A stretch of 64,000 nt of DNA. Origin: Minisyncoccota bacterium (lineage in GTDB: Bacteria > Patescibacteriota > Minisyncoccia > Phycocordibacterales > Phycocordibacteraceae). Position numbers and translations under genes: made by a program. Where the stretch lies: the NCBI GenBank assembly GCA_036517735.1, contig DATDUD010000048.1, positions 3,559 to 67,558 on the forward strand, given 5' to 3'. Below are positions 47,793 to 57,663 of this stretch, one piece after another (the stretch's first letter is position 1; the number at the start of each line of letters is the position of its first letter). The notes beneath the pieces were generated by a model that saw only the letters and a list, made by a program, of their open reading frames with translations, did not search any database and was not told the DNA's origin.

Positions 47793-49157
47793 ATGGCCGA
47801 CTTCTCCCGCATCCCTCCGCAGAGCCTCGAAAGCGAACGGGGCCTTCTTGGTTCTCTTCTCCTGAAGCCGGATGCGATGCACGATGTTTCCGATATCATT
47901 CGATCTGATTCTTTTTATGCTGAGAAGCACAAACTTATCTTCGAGTGCATGCGCGAGCTCTCTGACCGCGGAGAGCCCATAGATATACTTTCTCTTTCGG
48001 AGAGACTGCAGGGCAAGGGCGTGCTCGAACGTTGTGGCGGGAGAGCGTACATTGCCGAACTTGCAAACTCCTCCCCTACGCCTGGCAACTTTGCCCACTA
48101 TGCAGAATTAGTTGCGAGGAAGCACATCATGCGCGCGCTTATCGACGCAGCGCACGAGATCACTGAGCACGCATACGAGGAAGGACGCGATCATGCAGAG
48201 GTGCTTGATGCTGCAGAAAAGTCCATTTATGCAATTGGCGATAAGTCAGCGACGCATAAGTTTGTTGCGCTTGCTGATAAACTTGAGAGTGCTTGGGAAC
48301 GTATTGAAAGTTTGTCGAAGAGTGATGGTACGATTCGCGGCGTTCCTACTGGTTTTCCCGATCTTGATAATTTACTTTCTGGACTCCATCCATCTGACCT
48401 TATTATTCTTGCCGCGCGCCCTTCGGTAGGTAAGACGTCGCTTGCGCTTGATATCGCTCGCAATGCCGCAGTGAAGCACAACGTACCGGTGGGCATCTTC
48501 TCCCTTGAGATGAGCTCGGAACAGCTTGTAGATCGTATGCTTTCTGCTGAGTCATATGTAAATTCATGGAAGATTCGTACGGGAGGGGTTCGGGCCGAGG
48601 AGGAGTTCACCCGCATTCGGGACGCGCTTGAAACCCTTTCCAAAGCTCCTATTTACATAGATGACAAACCGGGCAACAACATCCTTGCAATGCGTGCGGT
48701 GGCGCGTCGCCTTAAACGTGAACGCGGTATCGGACTCATTGTCGTCGACTACCTCCAGCTCATGGCACCCTCGGGAGGCTTGAAGGCCTCGGACTCCATG
48801 GTGCAACAGGTTACCGAGATCTCTCGCTCTTTGAAGTCTCTTGCCCGTGAGCTTGAGGTGCCAGTGCTCGCACTCTCGCAACTCTCCCGTGCGGTTGAGC
48901 AGCGTGGCGGCAAGCCACGACTTTCCGACCTTCGTGATAGCGGAAGTCTAGAACAAGATGCAGATGTTGTTATGTTCATCCATAGGGACGACAAACGTAA
49001 TCCTGACAGCGACCGTCCAAACATCGCCGAGATCCTTATCGAGAAGCACCGCAACGGCCCTACAGGACGCGTGGAGCTGTACTTCGATGAGAAGCGCACG
49101 AGCTATATGCCGATGGACAAGTCGGGATACGGAGCCTTGGCTTCTGAGTTTGAATAG
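47793..49157 (+). CDS. dnaB: Replicative DNA helicase
   Basis: AARPSVGKT, FSLEMS, DYLQL, LSQLSR, DLRDSGSLEQDAD; no intein. Confidence 0.98.
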   Translation: MADFSRIPPQSLESERGLLGSLLLKPDAMHDVSDIIRSDSFYAEKHKLIFECMRELSDRGEPIDILSLSERLQGKGVLERCGGRAYIAELANSSPTPGNFAHYAELVARKHIMRALIDAAHEITEHAYEEGRDHAEVLDAAEKSIYAIGDKSATHKFVALADKLESAWERIESLSKSDGTIRGVPTGFPDLDNLLSGLHPSDLIILAARPSVGKTSLALDIARNAAVKHNVPVGIFSLEMSSEQLVDRMLSAESYVNSWKIRTGGVRAEEEFTRIRDALETLSKAPIYIDDKPGNNILAMRAVARRLKRERGIGLIVVDYLQLMAPSGGLKASDSMVQQVTEISRSLKSLARELEVPVLALSQLSRAVEQRGGKPRLSDLRDSGSLEQDADVVMFIHRDDKRNPDSDRPNIAEILIEKHRNGPTGRVELYFDEKRTSYMPMDKSGYGALASEFE

Positions 49158-49159
49158 AT

Positions 49160-49759
49160 ATGGATAGGGTTGAGGAGCTTTCGCACGCCTTTGAGCGCTT
49201 CCCGGGGATAGGACCGCGCCAGGCGAAGCGTTTCGTCTACTACCTCCTTACACGAGCTCCGGGAGACCGCTCGAAGCTTTCCGAACTTATAGCTCGTCTT
49301 TCAGACGACGTACGCCAGTGTTCCGATTGCATGCGCTTCTGGAGCGGTAAAGCAGTCTCATGCACGTATTGCAGCAATCCTTCACGGGACGATTCGGTTC
49401 TTATGCTCGTCGAGAAGGATCAGGACCTTCTTGCAGTTGAACGCTCAGGAAGCTACAAGGGCCGCTACTTCGTTCTTGGCGGCTCCCTTACCCTCTCCGG
49501 TAAAGGAAGCATCCGAGAGAAGGAACTTGTGGACCGAGTTGAGAAACGAGCGAAGACAGGGCTCGAGGAGATTGTTCTTGCTCTTTCGGCGACAAGCGAA
49601 GGAGAACATACGGCAGACCATATCAGAGGACTTCTACAGCCTCTTCGCAGCCACATCCGTTTCTACACACTTGGGCGCGGGCTTGCGACGGGCTCGGAAC
49701 TTGAATACGCGGACTCGACTACTCTTTCGGCTGCGCTTCAGAATAGGAAGGAGACATAG
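49160..49759 (+). CDS. recR: Recombination mediator RecR
   Basis: PGIGPR.A.R, C..C/C..C zinc finger, TOPRIM, ELEYAD. Confidence 0.93.
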   Translation: MDRVEELSHAFERFPGIGPRQAKRFVYYLLTRAPGDRSKLSELIARLSDDVRQCSDCMRFWSGKAVSCTYCSNPSRDDSVLMLVEKDQDLLAVERSGSYKGRYFVLGGSLTLSGKGSIREKELVDRVEKRAKTGLEEIVLALSATSEGEHTADHIRGLLQPLRSHIRFYTLGRGLATGSELEYADSTTLSAALQNRKET

Positions 49760-49762
49760 TGT

Positions 49763-50158
49763 TTATCGCTGCTTTAGCTCGACTTCTTCCTTCGCAAGGT
49801 CAAACTTAACGGTAAAGTGTTCGAAAAATCCTTTTTGTCCGACAATGCCGTATGGCATTACTCGTCCCGCTACGTCAGGCATAAAGCCTGCAGTTATTTT
49901 CTTGGGCCAACCTCCGACAATGATTTCGACTGGGTGTAGATAATAAATAGAGGCTTTTCCACCTACGCCGAATACTTCCTTAGGCTCGCCCTTGGTTACG
50001 TTTATATTGAGTAGTTCACCTATCTCTGCACTAAAGATGCAAAGATCGGCGCCTGAATCGACGAGGACCTCATAGCCTATTACTTCTGAACCACTCTTGA
50101 GCTGTATGGGTATAACAGGACGAAGAACCTGTCCGTACTTTTTGTACGAGAACTTCAT
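49763..50158 (-). CDS. Retropepsin-like aspartic protease
   Basis: LVDSGAD catalytic motif; GIVGQ.GFF. Confidence 0.85.
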   Translation of the reverse strand: MKFSYKKYGQVLRPVIPIQLKSGSEVIGYEVLVDSGADLCIFSAEIGELLNINVTKGEPKEVFGVGGKASIYYLHPVEIIVGGWPKKITAGFMPDVAGRVMPYGIVGQKGFFEHFTVKFDLAKEEVELKQR

Positions 50159-50159
50159 G

Positions 50160-50348
50160 CTAGCCGACGTAGGCTACAATTTTTTCAGGCATGCGCGTGA
50201 GAAGAGGTACGCCCGCATGCCCTTCCCGTGCTTTATTCAGAGCTTCGCGAGCCGTACGGCCGCTGCCAAGAACAGTCTTTTCGTCCTTTGCCAGCGCCAC
50301 CCAGCTTCCCGCGTATTTTTTCTGGAGTTTGGTCCAATCGGTAGCCAT
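50160..50348 (-). CDS. DUF5678-like small protein
   Basis: KYAGSWVAL...VLGSG.T..EAL..A; coupled to the protease gene. Confidence 0.75.
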   Translation of the reverse strand: MATDWTKLQKKYAGSWVALAKDEKTVLGSGRTAREALNKAREGHAGVPLLTRMPEKIVAYVG

Positions 50349-50430
50349 AATGGGAGAGTATAACATGGGGCCTAGAAACCTGGGCGCTGATCAGCGCATG
50401 AGTCAAAACCGCCCTGTCGGACGGTTTCTG

Positions 50431-50763
50431 CTATTTAATCTTATCGATCTTCACCTTGATGTAGGGCTGGCGGTGTCCACGGCGCTTGAAGTACCTGCTC
50501 TTGGCCTTGTACTTAACGACATCGATCTTGGGTGCGCGTCCTACGACCTGTACGGTCCCAATGACGGCTGCGCCTGAAATGGTGGGGACACCGATGGTCG
50601 TATCCTTTCCGTTATCGACAAGCAATACTTCAGAGAAGGTCACCGAGTCTCCTTTCTTGAGGGGTTCGGTCTTCGAGCGGCTTCCGAGCTTCTCGATGGT
50701 GACCACGTCGCCCGGAGAGACAACGTACTGCTTACCCCCGGTCTTGATGACTGCGAATTCCAT
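50431..50763 (-). CDS. rplU: 50S ribosomal protein L21
   Basis: AVIKTGGKQY, GHRQ. Confidence 0.97.
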   Translation of the reverse strand: MEFAVIKTGGKQYVVSPGDVVTIEKLGSRSKTEPLKKGDSVTFSEVLLVDNGKDTTIGVPTISGAAVIGTVQVVGRAPKIDVVKYKAKSRYFKRRGHRQPYIKVKIDKIK

Positions 50764-50862
50764 ATAAGGGCTATCCTACGGGTTTCTGAATTAAAAAGCA
50801 AGAATGACTGCCTTAGATATGGCAACCCCCACGGACCGGCGCGTGGCCCGTGGGGGAATTCG

Positions 50863-51267
50863 TCAGATCCTGCGAGGCTTATCCAGACGCCAAGTCCAGG
50901 GCGGTAACGCGAGATCGAGCAGGTTGATGGTCGGTGGAGCGTAGAAGCTGAAAATCACGATCATGGCCCACGCTGAGCGTAGCGTCGGAAGGTGTGTGGG
51001 CACTGTGCCCCACACCAGCAGACACATAGCGACCCAGAGGAGGAGCGACGCGAGACTCCCATACCGGACTGATTCGCCCCCCAGAATGAGCACGACGCCG
51101 GTGACCAGAATCGCAATCAACCAGATAAGCCAGCACAAGACCCCGATGGTTTCGCGAATTGTGGGCGACGTAACGTCTTGTGGTTCGCCGACCGTCACGA
51201 GTGCCAGCACCACAACGGCCAGGACCAGCAGTGCACCGAGAAAACGGCGTGTGATTTTGAGAGCCAT
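50863..51267 (-). CDS. Hypothetical 4-TM ORFan
   Basis: AAGGAGG RBS, hydrophobic helices, downstream hairpin. Confidence 0.6.
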   Translation of the reverse strand: MALKITRRFLGALLVLAVVVLALVTVGEPQDVTSPTIRETIGVLCWLIWLIAILVTGVVLILGGESVRYGSLASLLLWVAMCLLVWGTVPTHLPTLRSAWAMIVIFSFYAPPTINLLDLALPPWTWRLDKPRRI

Positions 51268-51318
51268 GGGGCCCCTCCTTTCTTTCCATCCGCACTATAT
51301 GATTCTGCTTTAACCTCG

Positions 51319-52374
51319 TCAATCACTGGTCCCGGGTTTTTCCAGAAGTTCCACCTCGATCTCCATCTTCTCCTGCGCTATCCGGTACACGTCCTTCTCT
51401 ATCTTCCCAAGCTCCTTGTATCCAGAGTTGTAATGGGAGACAGCGGTACCGAGGGCGTTCCCGAGCTTTTTGTAGTAGTCCTCGTAGGAACCAATGTGCT
51501 TCCCGAGCTCTCCCACGCGCTTCTGTATCTCCTCAGCCTGCTTCTCTATCTGAAGGGCTTTGAGTCCCTGCATGACCGTCTGGAGGTATGCAAGGAAGGA
51601 AGTCGGCGACACGATGATTACCTTCTGCTTCCCTGCGGCCCGTTGAATGAGATTCTCTTCCTCGCCTGCGCCGACCTGGTTCGTAAGGAGGTCGTAGTAG
51701 ATACCTTCCGAGGGAATGAACATGAAAGCGAAGTCCATAGTTCCTTCTTCTGGACGTATATATTTTGCAGTCTCGTTGATACGGAGCTTCAGGTCGTTCA
51801 CGAACGTCTTCTCGAGGGCCGCGCGCTCTGGCCCGTCCGCGTGCACCAGACGGTTGTAGTTGTCTAGAGAAAACTTCGAGTCTATGGGAACAATCTTTTC
51901 GTTCACAAACACCACGGCATCGACTATCTCTCCATTCTTGAAGGGATACTGCATCTGGTACATGCCTGGCGGGAGTACGTTTTTCAGGACGGTCTCAAGA
52001 TAGTATTCGCCAAGGATGCCACGCTGCTTCGGGTTTTTGAGAATGTCTTGGAGGGATTTTAGCTGTTCAGCGAACTTTCCGGTCTCGCGTCCGATTTCCT
52101 TTACACTTGTTATCTCAGCGGTGATCTCGCGGATCAGTTTTGCAGACTCGCCAAGCTGAGTACGCATCGTTTCGTTCACGTTCCTCGAGGATTCGTTCAT
52201 CCGCGAGTCGAGTGCTGACTCCATGTTCTGTATCTGCTTCTGGAGGAGCATGAGACCAGTGTCATCCTTAGGAATTTCCTTCAGTTTCTCCTGACGCTTC
52301 AGAATGATCCAGAGTCCGACTCCCTGGAAGAAGACAAGTACAAGAATGACTATGGCGATTGCGAGCGGGTCCAT
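51319..52374 (-). CDS. rmuC: DNA recombination protein RmuC
   Basis: PKQRG..GE, IDSKF, FAFMFIPSE, SPTS. Confidence 0.93.
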   Translation of the reverse strand: MDPLAIAIVILVLVFFQGVGLWIILKRQEKLKEIPKDDTGLMLLQKQIQNMESALDSRMNESSRNVNETMRTQLGESAKLIREITAEITSVKEIGRETGKFAEQLKSLQDILKNPKQRGILGEYYLETVLKNVLPPGMYQMQYPFKNGEIVDAVVFVNEKIVPIDSKFSLDNYNRLVHADGPERAALEKTFVNDLKLRINETAKYIRPEEGTMDFAFMFIPSEGIYYDLLTNQVGAGEEENLIQRAAGKQKVIIVSPTSFLAYLQTVMQGLKALQIEKQAEEIQKRVGELGKHIGSYEDYYKKLGNALGTAVSHYNSGYKELGKIEKDVYRIAQEKMEIEVELLEKPGTSD

Positions 52375-52412
52375 AGGGAGAGTATAACGCGCGTGTTAGA
52401 ATCGCCCCATAT

Positions 52413-52868
52413 ATGACTATTCACGAACAGATCAAGGCTGGAATTCCTGACGCTATGCGGGCTAAGGATGCAGTGCGTCTCCAGACATACCGCTCTCTCG
52501 TCACCATGATGACGAACGAGGTGGTTTCCAAGAAGAGGAAGCCGGATGAGCTTTTAACCGACGAGGAAGCGCTGGCGGTCTTAAAGCGTGCATCCAATCA
52601 ACGCAAGGACTCCATAGAACAGTACGAAAAGGGAGGCCGTCCTGAGCTTGCGGTGAATGAGGGGGAAGAACTTTTAATTATTGAGGAGATGCTTCCTGCT
52701 CAGATGCCGCGGGAGGAGATAGAGACTGTCGTGAAGGCAAAGATGAGTGAGATGGGTGTTACAGATAAGTCAGGTACAGGAAAGCTCATCGGTTCAGTCA
52801 TGCAGGAGCTTAAAGGGCGTGCGGACGGGGGGGCGGTTAAGGCTGTAATTGATTCACTGCTGACGTAA
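52413..52868 (+). CDS. GatB/YqeY domain protein
   Basis: AMRAKD, QRKDSIEQY..GGR.EL, GRADG. Confidence 0.92.
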   Translation: MTIHEQIKAGIPDAMRAKDAVRLQTYRSLVTMMTNEVVSKKRKPDELLTDEEALAVLKRASNQRKDSIEQYEKGGRPELAVNEGEELLIIEEMLPAQMPREEIETVVKAKMSEMGVTDKSGTGKLIGSVMQELKGRADGGAVKAVIDSLLT

Positions 52869-52938
52869 CGAGTATCTCATAGACATATCATAAACTTGTG
52901 GTATCGTATCCCTCGGACCAAGGATTACATGAAAGGAA

Positions 52939-53346
52939 ATGCCCGTGAGTATCCGACCAATCACTGCAGACGATATTCGATGCGGCATGGATGTCGCACG
53001 AAATAAGCACCGCTACGCGCCTGACAAGGGGCTTCTGACCACGGTCGCGCGTATGGCCCTTGAGAGAATGCTCGACAATATGTCCCACCGCGACGCGGTC
53101 AAAGCCGCATACGCCGAGGTGGGAATTGAGAACAGCGCTCGCTATCTCTACTGGACAGCACTTGCCCCGATACTGAGCAGGTACACAAACCTGATTCAGA
53201 TGAAGACAGCGATGAGGCCGCCTATGCCTAAACGCCTGCCTTCGCCGAATCCTGAATCGTGGAGGATAAAGCTACTGCACCAGACGAGCGCAAGGCGCAT
53301 GGCGTACCAGCGACGCGACCACCTGCTTCCTGAGCACGACCGATAG
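52939..53346 (+). CDS. Hypothetical basic ORFan
   Basis: 135-aa ORF, AAAGGA upstream, terminator-like hairpin at about 53362-53388. Confidence 0.5.
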   Translation: MPVSIRPITADDIRCGMDVARNKHRYAPDKGLLTTVARMALERMLDNMSHRDAVKAAYAEVGIENSARYLYWTALAPILSRYTNLIQMKTAMRPPMPKRLPSPNPESWRIKLLHQTSARRMAYQRRDHLLPEHDR

Positions 53347-53405
53347 GAAGTACCTTATGCCGAGTGGGCCCCTCCCGGGGCTCACTTTTTTTATATAATC
53401 AATCA

Positions 53406-54215
53406 ATGAAAAGCTTTATCGTTATCCATAAACAACGCGGCGAGACCCCTCTTGAAACTATCGAAAGATGGCGATTTGGTAGCCCTGCGTTTTCTTCCCT
53501 TTCCGCCTCGTATGCGGGACGTCTTGATCCAATGGCCGAGGGTAAGCTTTTGGTGCTTTTAGGAGACGAATGCAAGAAACAGAACGAATACACGAAACTT
53601 GATAAAGAGTATGAGATAGAAGTTGTGCTTGACCTTAATACCGATACCGGAGACGCGCTTGGTCTTCCCACATACGAAGGGAATGAGACTCACTCAAATA
53701 TGAGTTTTGTACGGGAAGCTTTAAAAAGCGTCCACGGTACGCACCAGGTTCCCTTCCCCGCTTTCTCCTCAAGAACAGTGAAAGGAAAGCCTCTTTTTAT
53801 GTACGCGCTTGAAGGAACTCTCAATACTATCCAAATCCCTGAACACGATGAGACTGTCTACAAGATCAAAATACTTTCTCTGATGGAACTTCCTGCGCCT
53901 AAAGTTCTTGAACGAATCCTGGACGTGTTAAAAATAGTCCCCCGCAGCGACGAGCCGTCGAAGGCGCTCGGCGCCGACTTCAGGCAAGATGTTATCCGTT
54001 CTGGCTGGAAAGCGCTTTTTGGAAGAATGCCGGAACGATCTTTCACCGTAATGCGACTCCGTGTCTCTTGTTCCTCGGGCACGTATATGCGAACGCTTGC
54101 AACGCGTATCGCGAAGGAGTTGAGCACTACAGGCTTTGCTCTTTCAATCAATCGAACAAAGATTGGGAAGTATTTCCGATTCGGCTCCTTCTGCTTCTGG
54201 TCAAAGTCGTACTAG
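53406..54215 (+). CDS. truB: TruB-like pseudouridine synthase
   Basis: YAGRLDPMAEG, TDTGD, PAFSS, CSSGTYMR. Confidence 0.8.
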   Translation: MKSFIVIHKQRGETPLETIERWRFGSPAFSSLSASYAGRLDPMAEGKLLVLLGDECKKQNEYTKLDKEYEIEVVLDLNTDTGDALGLPTYEGNETHSNMSFVREALKSVHGTHQVPFPAFSSRTVKGKPLFMYALEGTLNTIQIPEHDETVYKIKILSLMELPAPKVLERILDVLKIVPRSDEPSKALGADFRQDVIRSGWKALFGRMPERSFTVMRLRVSCSSGTYMRTLATRIAKELSTTGFALSINRTKIGKYFRFGSFCFWSKSY

Positions 54216-54553
54216 CGATACATTCGATCCCGGCGCTCACTGAGTCTTTGTATAAGTTCGGAGTCAGTTATGCGCGTAAAGCGCGGAGTTTCTCTACCTT
54301 CCTTAACGACAGTCTCCATGAACATGCTGAGCGGACGTATGTCGTACATGCGACTTAACCGATATACAAGCGCCTCTTCGTACAGAGGGCGGTATACGGC
54401 AAGGAAACTGTCTTCCGGTCGGCAGTCCTCCTCTGTGTGGTGTCCTATACCCATAAGTTCGTATGCGTACTTTTCTTCGGGACCTTCATGATCGTGCTTG
54501 TAGTGGTAGTAGAAACCAGGTTCAGGAAGGTTGGCTGGAGGAATGGGGTCCAT
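54212..54553 (-). CDS. DUF1653-like protein
   Basis: GFYYHYK..Y...G.HTE..VYRPLY..RPL.MF.E.V...PRF. Confidence 0.8.
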   Translation of the reverse strand: MDPIPPANLPEPGFYYHYKHDHEGPEEKYAYELMGIGHHTEEDCRPEDSFLAVYRPLYEEALVYRLSRMYDIRPLSMFMETVVKEGRETPRFTRITDSELIQRLSERRDRMYR

Positions 54554-54555
54554 AG

Positions 54556-55671
54556 TTATCGAACTGAGGTGTATCCTCCCGGCACGCCGTTCGGAGACAG
54601 CACTATCTGCCAGTCCTGATTCCTGCGGGAACGGAAGGAGCCTGCACAGGAGAGAAGATAGTACTCCCACATGCGGCGGAAGCGTTCTCCGTATTTCTCT
54701 TTGAGCTCGGGCCAGGCATTCTGGAAGCGCCTGTTCCATTCCATAAGAGTGCGGTCATAGTAGTTGCTGAAGTTATGCCAGTCCTCCATGACGAAGATCC
54801 CTTCTATAGCCTCTCCTATCTGTGTAACGGAAGGCAGCATGCCGTTCGGGAATATGTACTTATCTATCCATGCCTCAGTCGTGCGTACGGAGCGATTTCC
54901 CCCGATAGTCTGGAGGAGGAAAAGGCCATCTTCCTTCAGACATCGGCGCACTACCTCCATAAACGTACGGAAGTTCTTGTATCCCACGGCCTCAAACATC
55001 TCTATGGAAACTACATGGTCGAACTGTCCTTGGGTCTCGCGATAGTCGTGGATACGTATCTCGACCGGAAGCCCCTTGCAGCGTTCACGCGCAAGCGCGG
55101 CCTGCTCCTTTGACACGGTCACACCGACCACTTCTGCACCATACTTCTCAGCCGCATACTTGGCGAAGCTCCCCCATCCGCACCCGATGTCGAGGACCCT
55201 GTCTCCTTTCTTGAGCCCTATCTTCCTACAAATGAGATCGAGCTTCGCTTCCTGGGCATCATCGAGATTGTTCGCATCTTTCCAATACGCACAGGTGTAC
55301 ACCATTCGCGTATCGAGCATGCGTTCGTATAGATCATTACCCAGATCATAGTGTCGTTCTCCCACCTGGAATGCACGGGCCTTCGATTGGAAGTTATAAA
55401 ACGCTCCTTGGAGATCCTGGATCGTTCTTTGTAAAGGGGTGAGTGCTGTATCGAGCTTCGCGGAGAGAACCCGCGTAAAGAACTGATCAAGTTCCTTTGC
55501 ATCCCACCACCCGTCCATGTACGCCTCCCCGAGGCCGAGGGAACCGCGGCGGAGCACACGCGCATAGAGCCGCTCATCGTGCACCTGCATGTCCCACGGG
55601 TCTCCACCGTTTATTTTGATATCAGCCTTGGCAAGCAGTGCTTCCGCCCTGGATCTGAAGGTCATACGCAA
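54556..55671 (-). CDS. cfa: Cyclopropane-fatty-acyl-phospholipid synthase
   Basis: LGLGEAYMDGWW, HYDLGN, LDIGCGWG, WIDKYIFP. Confidence 0.95.
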   Translation of the reverse strand: MRMTFRSRAEALLAKADIKINGGDPWDMQVHDERLYARVLRRGSLGLGEAYMDGWWDAKELDQFFTRVLSAKLDTALTPLQRTIQDLQGAFYNFQSKARAFQVGERHYDLGNDLYERMLDTRMVYTCAYWKDANNLDDAQEAKLDLICRKIGLKKGDRVLDIGCGWGSFAKYAAEKYGAEVVGVTVSKEQAALARERCKGLPVEIRIHDYRETQGQFDHVVSIEMFEAVGYKNFRTFMEVVRRCLKEDGLFLLQTIGGNRSVRTTEAWIDKYIFPNGMLPSVTQIGEAIEGIFVMEDWHNFSNYYDRTLMEWNRRFQNAWPELKEKYGERFRRMWEYYLLSCAGSFRSRRNQDWQIVLSPNGVPGGYTSVR

Positions 55672-55727
55672 ATCATGACATACGGAAGTGGCAGTGAAAT
55701 GAGGTTTTTGGTATAACTATGCCTGAC

Positions 55728-55799
55728 GGCCTCATCGTCTAACGGTTAGGACAGATCCCTCTCACGGATCAAATCGGGGTTCGATTCCCCGTGAGGTCA
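55728..55799 (+). tRNA. tRNA-Glu(CTC), probable island integration site
   Basis: GGCCTCA/TGAGGTC acceptor, GATCC-CTCTCAC-GGATC. Confidence 0.95.
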
Positions 55800-57318
55800 C
55801 ACAACGAGTTTTATCATCACTACTTGGGACTTTTACCTTGTATATAGGGGATAATTTAGGGGTTTTAAACTTCGGTTTTTGGTACCTCAGATTTTGAGGG
55901 AATAACACAGACCTTAAAACTCGAAGTTCGCCTGGCTCAAGCTTCGTCCATATGCTCGGCAGTTGTTTGATAACGGATATACCGAAGCGCACATCCGCTT
56001 CTATGGACGTGTCAGGACTTATGAGCCGTTGCCTATCCGCAGTCAATTTTCTCTGTTCGGATTTCCTACGCTCACTCTGTGTGAAGTATTCCTCGTTATC
56101 AATATGCTTGCCCAAGCGCATCTGCATAACCTCGTCCAGCTCCTCTTCCAGTTTCTTGAGCCGAGTACTTATCTTTCGGGCATGAGCATATGCCTCTTTC
56201 GTTTCTCTCGCATGAACAACCGCAATGGCCTCAGCCAGTCCATTCAGAATTGCATCGTCAGGAGTGATTGAGAGCAAGAATGCCGTAAAGTCGTCCTCTA
56301 TGTCTACTCGCTTCACAGAACCCTTCTTAGGACAATCACGCTTTATGCAATTGTAGTATGCGTACTTCATGCCCAGCTTCCCAGTGCTATAACCTCCAGT
56401 CATGGAGCCACCACAGGCATCACAAAGCACTCCACGCAAGAGGAAGTCGGGATGGTCCCGACTTCGTGCTTGCTTAGCACCCTTCTTTCCGTCAAGAGTA
56501 TCTTGCACCTCATCGAATAGAGCCTCGGACACTATGGGCGTGTGCTTGCCTTGGACAGAAACGCTCCACTTCTGAATCACGACCCTGCCGCAGTGTATGG
56601 GGTTCCTAAGGATTTTAGTCACAAGCTGCTTGCTTATCTTGCGGCCATGCTTGCTCGATACGTCCCACTCTTTACGGACTTTCTTCGTCAGGTCGGATAT
56701 GCGTATCGTGCCTTTCGCATACTCCGTGAAGATGTATTCCACAATGGGAGCCTTTTCTGGATCAGGTACGATAATCTTTCTCTTCATACCGTCCTCTACG
56801 TTCTTGTATCCCCAAGGCGCACCCACAGGCCAGTAGCCATCGAGAGTCTTTGCTTTCATTCCCGTAAGAGTTCTATCTGTCTTGATGTCGTTCTCCAGTT
56901 GAGCCATGACAGCGAGCATTCCCTCTACCGCTCTTCCGGTGGGCGTGTCTTCAATGACTTCAGTTGCCGACTTTAACCCAACCCCCATTCGAGAGAAGAA
57001 CGTCTTCAGCTCATAGTGGTCGGTTGACTGTCTTGCGAATCGATCCACTTTCCACACGACCATATAGCCAACTTTTCCGAGGTTGTTTAGACAGAACTGC
57101 TTTAGCAGCGAGAGCTGGGTTCGGTCTGCCGTCTTTGCTGACTCACCCTCTTCAACAAAGACTTTTAAAACCTCCCATCCATTTTGCTTGCAATATTCCT
57201 GACATCTCTTTTCTTGACTGCCGAGACTATATCCATGAACCTGCTCCTTCGATGACACACGCACGTATATGACCGCCGTATTGGGTCGGTTCTCACTCAG
57301 TTTCTTTTTCTTTTTCAT
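55762..57318 (-). CDS. Large serine recombinase (resolvase + recombinase + Zn ribbon + coiled coil)
   Basis: YVRVSS catalytic Ser, ESAKT..R, VDRFAR, CDACG..YYNC; stop codon inside the tRNA. Confidence 0.93.
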   Translation of the reverse strand: MKKKKKLSENRPNTAVIYVRVSSKEQVHGYSLGSQEKRCQEYCKQNGWEVLKVFVEEGESAKTADRTQLSLLKQFCLNNLGKVGYMVVWKVDRFARQSTDHYELKTFFSRMGVGLKSATEVIEDTPTGRAVEGMLAVMAQLENDIKTDRTLTGMKAKTLDGYWPVGAPWGYKNVEDGMKRKIIVPDPEKAPIVEYIFTEYAKGTIRISDLTKKVRKEWDVSSKHGRKISKQLVTKILRNPIHCGRVVIQKWSVSVQGKHTPIVSEALFDEVQDTLDGKKGAKQARSRDHPDFLLRGVLCDACGGSMTGGYSTGKLGMKYAYYNCIKRDCPKKGSVKRVDIEDDFTAFLLSITPDDAILNGLAEAIAVVHARETKEAYAHARKISTRLKKLEEELDEVMQMRLGKHIDNEEYFTQSERRKSEQRKLTADRQRLISPDTSIEADVRFGISVIKQLPSIWTKLEPGELRVLRSVLFPQNLRYQKPKFKTPKLSPIYKVKVPSSDDKTRCVTSRGIEPRFDP

Positions 57319-57435
57319 AGTGATAGTCCAGTTACCACGCTCCCCTTAATTTCCGCTCGTATTGGCGAAAAAATCAAGGAGGGCGGGGAGCTGGAAAATT
57401 AGTAGGTAAGGCTAAATTCGGATTTATAAATCTAT

Positions 57436-57651
57436 TTATCCATTTGGCGGGCTCAGTCCCATTCCACCCCCAGTTCTCTGTGGAGGAGCCAGTTTCGAGG
57501 CTTCAGGCGTGTGCCTGAGCCACAACTTGTGAAGTTCTTCTGCTATCGCAAGGGCGTTATCAACGACCTCATTCTCTTCAATCTCTTTTTCAGGAAGCCC
57601 AGCTTTAAGAAGCGCGTTCTTAACGCGCTCCCTCTCATGGGGAGAATGCAT
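57436..57651 (-). CDS. Hypothetical small protein
   Basis: 71-aa ORF upstream of the recombinase. Confidence 0.5.
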   Translation of the reverse strand: MHSPHERERVKNALLKAGLPEKEIEENEVVDNALAIAEELHKLWLRHTPEASKLAPPQRTGGGMGLSPPNG

Positions 57652-57663
57652 GGAGAGGTGGAC

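Noticed and set aside
28134-55799. The two tRNA-Glu genes as attL/attR of a 27-kb element
   Set aside because: Both are complete isoacceptors with different anticodons, and the region between them holds core genes.
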